Positions 11,216 through 20,761 of a stretch of DNA of 23,559 bases are shown here, piece by piece. The position numbers and the translations under genes are program-made. The stretch comes from Lymnaea stagnalis (Eukaryota), in NCBI GenBank assembly GCA_964033795.1, contig CAXITT010000282.1:484790-508348 (forward strand). Direction: 5' to 3'. The notes beneath the pieces were generated by a model, which was not told the DNA's origin, did not search any database, and saw nothing but the letters and a program-made list of their open reading frames with translations. The number at the start of each line of letters is the position of its first letter. The first letter of the stretch is position 1.

Positions 11216-12935
11216 GACCACTCATAAGCTGACCATGCCACTTTTCCCTGAAATCTTAGCTCTATATTAGTATATGCAGTACTCATTGTTCAGCATCTGA
11301 GATGATAGAGGTAATACCTCTGAAAATCTCTCTGGTTACGGTACCAAGCCTGGGTCAGATATTTGCTGAAGAATTAACCCATTTACCCCCATTGTTCCAT
11401 GACTGGAAGGCTAGACATGTACTGGTAATTTATATCCTACTTATCTTGGTCATTGCCATACGATTTTTTCACACATCTGCTTCCTTAGGCTATAAATTAT
11501 CTCCTGGTGCAAAGATTGGTCATCCTGTTCTAAGTGGTCCTCAAAAAGTGATGGGAATTTTTCTCACATTTTTTAAGCACCATTCAAAGACAAAGAGATA
11601 CACATCCACTGCATTACATCCCTACACTAACATTAAAAAAATATAACCCCTTGAACCGTTATGTTATAGTGAAAAAAAATAAAACACATCAGTTATTATT
11701 GTTGTCATAGTTTTGGATTTGAAACTTTGCATGTTCCAAATTTGGCACACCGGGCAAATCTGTTATCACCAGAATGTTGCATGTTCCAATTTGGGCACAC
11801 CGGGCAAATCTGTTACCACCAGAATGTTGCATGTTCCAATTGTGGCACACCAGACTAAATCTGTGACCACCAGAATGTTGCATGTTCCAATTGTGGCACA
11901 CCAGGCAAATCTGTGACCACCAGAATGTTGCATGTTCCAATTGTGGCACACCGGCCAAATCTGTGACCACCAGAATGTTGCATGTTCCAATTGTGGCACA
12001 CCAGGCAAATCTGTGACCACAAGGACTAATGGTATCTTTTGGTGTTGTACAACTTTAACAACTCTGAAAATGTCCTCCACCTCTAACGTTACATGTTTGA
12101 GAAAGATGACACAATTGAAGCAAAGGCTGTAGTGATGCAACCTTCTGATGACGATTCAGCACTTTTTTTTCTGATGAGGACTCGTGAGATTAAACAGGTT
12201 TACAGGAGATATAGCAGGTGCAACAATAAATAATTTACCATGTGCCTGTCTTAAGCACCTGCATGTCTTATTCCTTATAATGAAGTCTGATCCATGTGCA
12301 GATGATGCGTCATATGCAGCTCAAGATTTCTTCCTTGATGATGTTCTGCAAATTTCTAACAGATGGATAAAGGCTGACCAAACTGCACAACCTCCAGCAG
12401 GTAGAGTTACTGAACCACTAAATCATTTTGTTCTTTCTATCAATTGGGCGTAGCCAATTAAAACATTGTGTTTTTTTAGTCTTAAGTGCTATTTTACAGG
12501 AAATACCACAGTACAAAAAGGAAGAAGGGGCTCTGGGTTTTAGGTTGCCTAAAAAGAGGGAGTGGCTGCTGTTTTCTTATCAAGTGCTAGACAGACGTGC
12601 GATTTATTTCAGACAATTTCCTCGTTAAGAGGGTGAATTTCATATTTTCGGGTTAGCAGTGCCAGTTGCATAGCTGAGGGTGTGGGCTCAGAAGGGACAA
12701 ATGTGTCCAGGCGACAGACTACCGGGTATACCAAAATGGGCTTTTTAATGGGTTTCAGGAGTTTGTGGGGGGGGGGATAAAAATGAATCTTGTCCCCTGG
12801 CGCCAAACACTCCAGCTGCCACTCTGCTAGTGGCGTAAAAAGGGGGGTGGGCATTGATGGGCTGGTCCACCCAGGTTTTTCTTTATATGGAGCGGCAGCA
12901 TGATCAGACAACTGCAGAGTTTGTATCATGAGAGG
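11216..12935. repeat. Segmentally duplicated block R, copy B
   Basis: Colinear with 4808-6440 and offset by about 6.4 kb. Confidence 0.8.
11727..12022. repeat. About 50-bp tandem repeat, roughly 6 units ('gttgcatgttccaattgtggcacaccaggcaaatctgtgaccaccagaat')
   Basis: Units read directly. The orthologous position in copy A (5325-5380) has a single unit, so this is a copy-specific expansion. Confidence 0.9.
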
Positions 12936-13139
12936 TGAAGGGGGCGAAAATTTTGGCCCGCCTGTTGGGGCACTTCAACTAGCTACGTCACTAGGCAGTG
13001 TGACCATCAGCACCAAAATTGGTCATCATTTTTATTGGGAAATAGGGCTGATACCGAGGGCTCCGATTGCTCTTGTGTTGAAGATTGGCATGATACTGTA
13101 TTCTTATCTTAAAAAGATTAATTAAAAAAACAATTAATT

Positions 13140-13690
13140 GATAAAACAATTGTTGTTTTGGCAAGAATATGTGCTAAAATGAATGTGTACAATCAATTAT
13201 AGAAAAAATTTAATTGGATTAATAGAAGAATATTATCAATAAAAGATAGAGACCCAAAAAACCACGATTTGTGAATAGCAGGTGCCAAAGTGTTGGATTA
13301 GCTTTTTTAATTTTAATATTAACTCTCACAGAAATTCTTAAGCTGTTTCTGGATGACGATGCCAATGTCATGTAAATCTTGGCTTAACTAGCTCTGAATT
13401 CCAATATTTTCTGATAAGTTTGGTCTCAATTCCTGGAAGGCGCATGTTCACTGACCTGATGACAGATGTCCATAATGCACATGTTGGTGGTTCCATGAGA
13501 CTTGACCGTATTGATACTTTATTGTCTTACTTGCATGATGCTGACAGTGCAAATTTGGACACAGTGGTCATGTTTCCTAAGTTTCAGCATCTCATAAACA
13601 ATCTCGATGAAGTGCATGAAATTCATTTTAAATAAAACATTTCAGCTTTGATGAATCTAGGGCTCATCACTGGTCGTCATGGGTGCAAAC
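13140..13690. repeat. Segmentally duplicated block S, copy B
   Basis: Colinear with 7540-8135. Confidence 0.8.
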
Positions 13691-14077
13691 AATATAATTG
13701 GGGAAAGCCCATAGTATAGGGTTTGGTTTATGCTTTTCCGTGGTACAACGTGCCTGGGCAAAATATGTTTTTTTCAGCCATATCACGGTAAACATTGTTT
13801 GTGCATCATTTCTCCTTCAGTTGAGAGAAGAACACCCTTGGACAATACCATTTTGCACTTCATAACCTTTTCTCAAGTTTTGCACTTCTTGATAAGCTTA
13901 GTTCAATGGGACGTTAGGGAAAATGCAGCAGTATCAGTGGATTTGGCTAGTGTTCCATTTTTGCAACACCACATAACTCAACAATGGTCACCGTTCCCTT
14001 CAAATTCTTCCTATGTGAATTTTATGTAACCTTCATGAATTTAATACAAAAAATAAATAAAATACAATGTGCAGCAT

Positions 14078-14400
14078 AAATGGGTAAACTGTTGTCGAAG
14101 CGGCAGATTCCCCTGTTTTCGAAGCGGCAGATTCCGCTGTTGTCCAAGCAGCAGATTCCCCTGTTGTCCAAGCGGCAGATTCCCCTGTTGTCCAAGAAGC
14201 AGATTCCCCTGTTGTCGAAGCAGCAGATTCCGCTGTTGTCCAAGTGACAGATTCCGCTGTTGTCCAAGCGGCAGATTCCCCTGTTGTCCAAGAAGCAGAT
14301 GCCCCTGTTGTCGAAGCGGCAGATTCCGCTGTTGTCCAAGTGACAGATTCCGCTGTTGTCCAAGCGGCAGATTCCCCTGTTGTCCAAGAGGCAGATCCCT
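14078..14400. repeat. 24-bp GC-rich minisatellite, about 13 units of 'ccaagcggcagattcccctgttgt' and variants
   Basis: Perfect 24-bp periodicity. It is open in all six frames, which explains track ORFs 14022-14387, 14033-14452 and 14069-14410. Confidence 0.9.
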
Positions 14401-14687
14401 CCTGATCTAGGCTAAAAGATTGATATAAAAATACCATGTACATCAAACCCATAAGCTATGTCTGGCAGCTTAGTTTGGCCATGTACCATGTATTCTTACT
14501 ATATATTTCAGTTTCAGTTTACGCATTTGATGTTTCCTCACATGAAAAGGAAAGAAAGGCTGCATCAGCAGCTGTTGACCAATCAGATCATTGTAGGACT
14601 TCAGTAACATATGAAGATCAGGAAAAAGATCAGGAATCATCAACGTGGTCAAATAATATGTGTAAAAAAAAATTTTCCTTCTTGATT

Positions 14688-15515
14688 TTTTTTTTTTTTT
14701 ACCTTATATCAGTTTCTTTACCTTATAACAAAATTAGAAAAATCAGCACCATTAGACACCTCCTCTCCTTTGATGCCACAAAAACTCTCGTCTCTTCACT
14801 CATTCTTTCAAAATTTGACTACTGTAACACGCTTCTCGCAGGCATACCTCAACACCACATAAACAAACTTCAGAAGGCACAGAACTCAGCATGCAGACTC
14901 ATTTTTTAAATCAAAGAAACATGACCACATTCAACCACACATGCGGCAACTCCACTGGCTTCCAATATCCTCTCGCATCAAGTACAAGTCTGCCAATCTA
15001 TGCTTCAACTCGTTCACTGACCCTCACTTTCCTGTCTATCTCTCTGAACTATTGCTTCCTTACATCCCCACAAGACAACTACGCTCTTTCATTGACAATA
15101 GAACCCTCTCAATCCCAAGAACCAAAACTAAGACCATCGGTGAACGCTCCTTCTACTTCCATGGGCCCACGTTCTGGAGCCAGCTCCCCTTCCATATCCG
15201 TCATTGTGAAACTTCGTCCACTTTCAAAAAGTCCCTTAAAACCCATCTGTTTAGGTCTGCCTATGACCTGTGATGCACCCTCCTTGCCCTGCCTCATTTT
15301 TTGTCTCAGGTTGATCCTGTATAATAGGCCAAAACTTGCCAAAGTGTCCCCGTTTTATAGCCATTTTAATTGTTTCTATAGTATAATAGTTACTATCCTA
15401 GTGTCTCATTTTTATTTTACTTAGTTTACATGTTTTTAATAATTGTAAAGCGCTTAGAGCTTTAAGGTAAGCGCTATATAAAAATGCCTAAATAAATAAA
15501 TAAATAAATAAATAA
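14688..15515 (+). mobile_element. Decayed non-LTR-type retroelement fragment carrying the widespread metazoan 'DYCN...LHWLP...LKTHLF' ORF, with a 5' T-run and a 3' (AAAT)6 tail
   Basis: Translation across two frames gives ..RKISTIRHLLSFDATKTLVSSLILSKFDYCNTLLAGIPQHHINKLQKAQNSACRLIF* followed by a frameshift to ..QLHWLPISSRIKYKSANLCFNSFTDPHFPVYLSELLLPYIPTRQLRSFIDNRTLSIPRTKTKTIGERSFYFHGPTFWSQLPFHIRHCETSSTFKKSLKTHLFRSAYDL*. This motif set occurs as an interspersed-repeat ORF in many fish and invertebrate genomes. The 3' end is 'ctaaataaataaataaataaataaataa' (15490-15515) and the 5' boundary is approximate. Confidence 0.6.
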
Positions 15516-15774
15516 CGGTTATAAATTTTATTAATATTAACTATTTTTATTAGCTTACTAGGCAATACACCCGGTGTTGCTCGGGTTTGGATTCAGAATA
15601 ACTTCTATAGAGTTATCAACTGACATGTAAATTTAAAGCCCAAATTTAATTTTCCAGGACTTCCAGGGGTGAGAGGATGTCCTGGGAATTTATTTTATCA
15701 CACTAGAGAAATCCTAATCCTGTTTCCCAAGCACACGCATGAAGTCAGAATCAGTGTCGGCCAGCCTTCACAAC

Positions 15775-16030
15775 ACACATGACTACCCGCATCCACAACA
15801 TGCACCAGCACCACACCTGACTACACTAGCACCACACCTGACTGCACCAGCACCACACCTGACTGCACCAGCACCACACATGACTGCATCCACAACATGC
15901 ACCATCACCACACCTGACTGCACCAGCACCACACCTGACTGCCCGCATACACAACATCACCAGCACCAAGCCTGACTGCACCAGCAGCACACCTGACTGC
16001 ACCAGCACTACACCTGAATGCACCAGAACC
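15775..16030. repeat. 24-bp minisatellite, about 10 units of 'caccacacctgactgcaccagcac', immediately upstream of the big exon's acceptor
   Basis: Read directly. It generates track ORFs 15739-15975(+) and 15826-16032(-). Confidence 0.9.
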
Positions 16031-16100
16031 ACATGCTTACCTTAATGTTACTCCTTCACATATTAAACTTAGATTACATTAATTGTTTTCCTTTTAACAG

Positions 16101-17383
16101 ATAAGTCGTTGGTCGGTGTGAGGGAAAAGAGCCAAGACCGGATTTACAGACCAGCATTTGCGAAGTCAAAAGCCAGTTATAAACCACCATCCCTCGCGGC
16201 CAGCCTCACTCAACGATCTCAAATTCTTCCAACACAGACTTCTTCTCCAATGAGTTATATGTCACCACTTCAAACTCGGGCCAGCTGCTCACTTGAAATT
16301 GCCCCACCGCCACTTAGAAGCACCTTGGCTACACTACCACTTAATATTCACGTTCCACCACCACCACCACCACCTGGAGGTGGTCCCCCACCACCACCAC
16401 CATCTGGAAGTTGCCCTCCTCCACCACCACCACCTGGATTTTGTCCCCCTCCACCAACAGCTAGAATGTGGGCCCTTCCACCACCACCTTCTGCAGGTTT
16501 TGGTTTTGTTCTACCTGCGCCTGGTAGTGTTGCTCCAGGTTTTGGTTCTGAGCCTCCTTCAGCTGGTAGTTTTGCTCCACGTTTTGGTGGTGGTCCTCCT
16601 ACAGCTGGTAGTTTTGTTCCAAGTTTTGGTGATGGTCCTCCTACAGCTGGTAGTTTTGTTCCAAGTTTTGGTGGTGGTCCTACAGCTGGTAGTTTTGTTC
16701 CAAGTTTTGGTGGTGGTCCTCCTACAGCTGGTAGTATTGCTCTAAATTTTGGTTCTGAGCCTCCTACAGCTGGTAGTTTTGCTCCAAGTTTTGGTTCTGG
16801 TCCTCCTACAGTTGGTAGTTTTGCTTTAGGTTTTGGTTCTGGTCCTCCTACAGTTGGAAGTACTGCTCCATGTTTTGGTGGTGGTCTTCCTACAGTTGGT
16901 AGTATTTTTCCAGGTTTTAAAGCTGGTCCTCCTACAGTTGGTAGTTTTGCTTCATGTTTTGGTTCTGGTCCACCTACAGCTCGTGGTACTGCTTTAGGTT
17001 TTGGTTCTAGTCCTCCTACAGCTAATAGTATTGCTCTAGATTTTGGTTCTGGTCCTCCTACAGCTGATAGTACTGCTTCAGGTTTTGGTTATGGTCCTAC
17101 TGCAGTTGTTAGTGTTGCTTCAATTTTTGCTGGTAGGTCTTCAAGTGATAATTCTGACAGTGAACTTGAGGAAAGTGATAGTTTTTCAGTGTATCAACAA
17201 TCTCCTCCTGAGGTGATAGACTTAGCTCATCAGACCTGTGGCGAGAAGACACCAGAAAAAGGTTTACCCAGCAGTGAGCCTCTGTTCACCTTTGGTATCG
17301 GAGCAAAGTTGACGAGCATAAGAACAAGGGAAGACACCCTTAAAAGTGAGGACTTGGTCAAACTGATGGAGCTCCAACAAAAG
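16101..17383 (+). CDS. Large internal exon of a proline-rich, FG-repeat, low-complexity protein. The N-terminal part is serine/threonine-rich. It is followed by FH1-like polyproline tracts (16357-16462), then about 14 tandem 15-aa repeats 'GGGPPTAGSFVPSFG' (16490-17130), then an acidic serine-rich segment and a heptad-like tail 'DLVKLMELQQK'.
   Basis: A 435-codon open frame (track ORF 16109-17416, whose 'start' is TTG). It is entered through the strong acceptor 'ttgttttccttttaacag' ending at 16100, in phase 1; the in-frame TAG at 16070 lies upstream of the acceptor. The 45-bp DNA repeats stay in frame, including one 42-bp unit, which shows the indels are triplet-constrained. The exon either exits at the AAG|GTGCGT donor at 17383/17384 in phase 0 or runs on to the TAG at 17414-17416. 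Confidence 0.7.
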
Positions 17384-17439
17384 GTGCGTCTGCTGAGGCT
17401 AGAATCTTTGGTATAGTCTTATTTCAATGAGGGTGCATA

Positions 17440-17640
17440 CCGACAGACTTGTAAAGCTTTAATTACCGCCTAACTACCGATAGACTTATAAAGCTTTAAC
17501 TAACAGGAAAATTACAGATAGACTTATAAAGATTTAAATAGGGGCTAATTGCCGATAGACCTTTAAAGCCTTAACTACAGACTAATTACAGATAGACTTT
17601 TAAAGCTGTAAATACAGGCTAATTGCCGACAGCAGAGAAA
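17440..17640. repeat. About 44-bp AT-rich tandem repeat ('ctaattaccgatagacttataaagctttaa...'), roughly 4.5 units
   Basis: Read directly. It lies immediately 3' of the big exon. Confidence 0.8.
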
Positions 17641-17939
17641 CTTTAAATACATGCTGAGTATGAGGGGTCGAACTGAGACAAATCTTGTAATACAGCCTGC
17701 TGAACCTGATCTAAAGTTGAGATTAAGGTGTCTGTATTGGTCTGACTCTGGGTGTAATGGCTCCTGCACTGTGTTCCTTGTGATCTCGAACTTTAAGTCA
17801 TTTCAAAAATTATTATTCCATTAAATTTCAAATTGGTCTTTCAAATGAATAGAATTTCAAATAAGTCCATGTTTAGTAAAAATTGCTTCTTTCCTTTTAT
17901 TTTTTCATCAAAGGTGATAGAGGAAGTCCTGAGGTAGCC

Positions 17940-18400
17940 CACAGCCAGTTTTAGACTAACAGAAAGCATTCCTTACACTTTCTACTAGACTAACACAAGC
18001 ATTCTTAATCATTTTATCATGGACAAACACAATCATTCCTTTTTTACTTTCTACTAGACCAGTGTTTCTCAACCTTCCTAACGCCATGACCCTTTAATGC
18101 AATGCCTCATGTTATGGTGACCTGAATCATAAAATTATTTTCAACGCTTCTTCATATATATGTGTTTTCCGATCGTCTTAGGCGAGCCCTGTGTAAGGGT
18201 TTTTTCAACCTCCAAAGGGGTAATGACCCATAGGTTGAGAACCACTGTACTAGAATAACCCAATCATTCCTTTTTATTTTCTAACAGACAAACCCAATTA
18301 TTCTTAAATTACTTTCTGAAGGACCAACCCAATGATGCTAAAATTACTTTCTCTAGGACGAACCCAATTATTATAAAATTACTTTCTCAATCATTCATAA
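17940..18400. repeat. Degenerate tandem repeats of about 55-60 bp ('..caatcattcctttttactttctactagac..')
   Basis: The array is interrupted by the MITE at 18060-18247. Confidence 0.7.
18060..18247. mobile_element. hAT-like MITE (188 bp) with 15-bp terminal inverted repeats CAGTGTTTCTCAACC / GGTTGAGAACCACTG and an 8-bp target-site duplication TACTAGAC / TACTAGAA
   Basis: The TIRs match at 14 of 15 positions. The flanking 8-mers are 18052-18059 and 18248-18255, and an 8-bp TSD with a CAGTG.. terminus is the hAT signature. The element sits in one unit of the surrounding tandem repeat, and there is no internal ORF. Confidence 0.65.
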
Positions 18401-19188
18401 TAAATTTCTGATGGAATTACTCATTTTTTCCCAAAACATGTACCTGAGGTCATTTGGGGAGCGTTGTGATTGCTCACAGTGGTGAAATGTTTAAAAAACT
18501 TCATTAAGTATTACTACTCAACATCTTGTTTGGACTTTAAGTAAACCAGTAGCTCACTGAAAGCTGTTTCACAAGAGGCTTCACAAAATGTTACTGGATG
18601 GCTCTCTCTCTATTAAAATGGCATTTAAAATGTTGGCTTCTCAAACTTATTTCGTTCTTTGTTTTCATCTACAAGAGCTGTGTGTTCTGCACTGCCACGG
18701 TGTTGAATTAGTTGTTTTTTAAGATCATACTAATTGAATACAGTTTAGGATGAGTCAAGTTAAGTTTCTGAGGAATTTTTCTCCTTTGCAGTTTCAATAA
18801 CGAATCAGGTCTTCCTGAGCATTTGGAGAAAAAAGTATTTAAAAATTTTTAAAAAAAATTTAGCTTTTTTTTTATTGCTGTGGACGATTGAATTTGACAA
18901 GGGCGTACAAAACAATGCATCATGGGAGCAGAGTGTGGCAACCTCTTGTCTAACCCATACATTTCTCATTTCTCTCTCTTTGTCGAACCAATCCATTCCT
19001 CTTTACTCTCTCATGTGTAGCATGTTCGTTTCTCATAACTACCTCTTGCACTAACCCATTCATGCCTCATTACTCTCTCTCCTTGACTAATCCATTAATT
19101 TCTCCTTATTCTTTCCTCATTACTTTATTAGGAGTAAAACATTTTTCCTCAATACTCTCTTATGGTCATCTTTTTCTGTATCTTCCAG

Positions 19189-19288
19189 GATGGTGGCTGG
19201 AATTTGAATTCAGAGCTGGATCAGTTAATCGGGATTGACAGTGCTGCACTGGAGGCCATCTTATACAGCAGTGGACTCTCATCATTGG
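19189..19288 (+). CDS. Candidate 100-nt exon (DGGWNLNSELDQLIGIDSAALEAILYSSGLSSL-G), phase 0 in and phase 1 out
   Basis: Acceptor 'tttttctgtatcttccag' and donor GG|GTAATT. Only one frame is open. Its phase-0 entry matches the phase-0 donor at 17383, and its phase-1 exit matches the entry of the 20313 exon. Confidence 0.5.
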
Positions 19289-19439
19289 GTAATTCTTTAT
19301 AAAGGGAGGGAGGGGGGGTTGATTGACTTTATTGATTATGTCTATCCTTCATTCACATTATGTCTCCATCAGTTGACATTCATTCACCATGATGGGATGA
19401 GGGAGCTCAATTAGATGTTTAAGTGGGCAAATGAGAGGA

Positions 19440-19915
19440 GTGATGGCCAGAGAGAGGCCGGAGAGGGGCCAGAGAGAGATCTTAGAGACTAGAGAGGGGC
19501 CAGAGAGAGGCCGGAGGGGCTAGAAGTTAGGTATGTTGTTTTATGGAGGAGAAGATGTGCAGTGAGATGGAGAAGTAAAACAGTCGGGATGGTGGGTATT
19601 ATAATAGAGTATAAGGGGAAGAGCAGTGTATAGAGTAGACATTTGTAGTAGATGTTTGGAGTAGATGTTTGGAGTGATGTATGGAGTAGATGAATGGAGT
19701 AGATGTATGCAGTAGATGTTTGGAGTATATGTATGGAGAAGATGTTTGGAGCAGATAGTTCATAAAGAATTATAAATTAATATCAAATCTTCTAAATAAT
19801 ATACGTGTGACTGCTTTGAATTTTTTGTTTTTCGATTTTTAGGAAGCAACAACAACAACATGAGACATATCCGTAATCAATATCATTATTTTATATACTT
19901 AACAAAATTTTGGAA
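19440..19915 (+). repeat. Dispersed repeat family, copy 1. It has GGCCAGAGAGAGG repeats, then an embedded (GGAGTAGATGTW)n 12-bp satellite (19633-19757), then a conserved 3' tail '..catgagacatatccgtaatcaatat..'.
   Basis: Colinear with 23030-23559 in the same orientation, including the unique flanks on both sides of the satellite. Confidence 0.8.
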
Positions 19916-20312
19916 ATTTACATTTCAATTTGATTGAATTTATAAATTTGAAATTAAAAAAAAAATTACTGTACTTTGGAGGAGCTCCCAAAAGTATGAG
20001 CACAAGCTGTGTCCCTGGATCTTTGTCCCTAGATTTTCCCACTTAATTTAAATCTTTCTTTTTTTTCTTTTTTTTTTTTACTTAATACACATAACTCTAA
20101 AAAAATCCCCACAAAATAACAAGATCATGAAAAATCTACTAAATAATGTTTTCTGTGTAATCATTGCAACCACTTGTTTTTTCCCCCCAGGCAAATTCTA
20201 ATTTAATATATTTCATTTTAAGGTTGGGCAATGACCCCTATTGCTGTACATGTACTTTTATACATTTTTTTTATGAACGCCAACCCTTGTTAATTTCATA
20301 AAATTTATACAG

Positions 20313-20659
20313 GGGCAACTGCCGAAGGAAAAATTAGGAGCTATTTGGCAATGCTGTTGGTTCTTTTCTCCTTCCTGGAACTCGTACATTTTGATGTTGA
20401 TGTAGAAAAGTTTGTCTCCAAACATTTTTCTGAAGATGACATAATAGCTCTAGGCTCAAAATTAGAGCTGGCAGTGGAAGCGTGTGAGTGGGATGAAGAC
20501 CAGCTACATGCCTTATCTGAAGCTTTTGAAAAGATGTTTAAGTTTCATGATGAGTTTACCTCCAGACATCCACTTGTTTACAGCACCCTGGAGCTGGGCA
20601 AGAGCTGGGCAGATGTAGTCAACAAGCTCATGACACCACCAGGCTATTTCTTTCTTTAG
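20313..20659 (+). CDS. Candidate terminal coding exon (G-ATAEGKIRSYLAMLLVLFSFLELVHFDVDVEKFVSKHFSEDDIIALGSKLELAVEACEWDEDQLHALSEAFEKMFKFHDEFTSRHPLVYSTLELGKSWADVVNKLMTPPGYFFL*)
   Basis: The acceptor 'ttcataaaatttatacag' ends at 20312. The open frame (track ORF 20345-20659, TTG 'start') extends back to the acceptor in phase 1, and the G left over from 19288 plus GG gives Gly. It ends at a TAA at 20657-20659. An ATTAAA poly(A)-signal variant lies at about 20762. Confidence 0.5.
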
Positions 20660-20761
20660 ACAATGACCTCATAGTTCTTGACCAGGTCCACCTGTCTGCC
20701 GCACAGGTATCAATGTGGCAGTGACATCACAATAGACAAAAGCAGCCCCCATGCTGCTTAT

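Noticed and set aside
14022-14452. Track ORFs 14022-14387(-), 14033-14452(-), 14069-14410(+) encoding 'TTGESAAW' or 'CPSGRFP' 8-aa repeats
   Set aside because: They lie wholly inside a 24-bp minisatellite that is open in all six frames. ORF length is a by-product of the repeat, not evidence of coding.
15739-16032. Track ORFs 15739-15975(+) and 15826-16032(-) ('APAPHLTAP' repeats)
   Set aside because: Same situation: a 24-bp minisatellite with frames open on both strands and no splice or start context.
16293-16745. Alternative-frame ORF 'HHHHHHLEVVPHHHHH...' overlapping the big exon
   Set aside because: It is open only within the repeat array. The chosen frame is the only one that stays open into non-repetitive sequence on both sides and connects to the acceptor.
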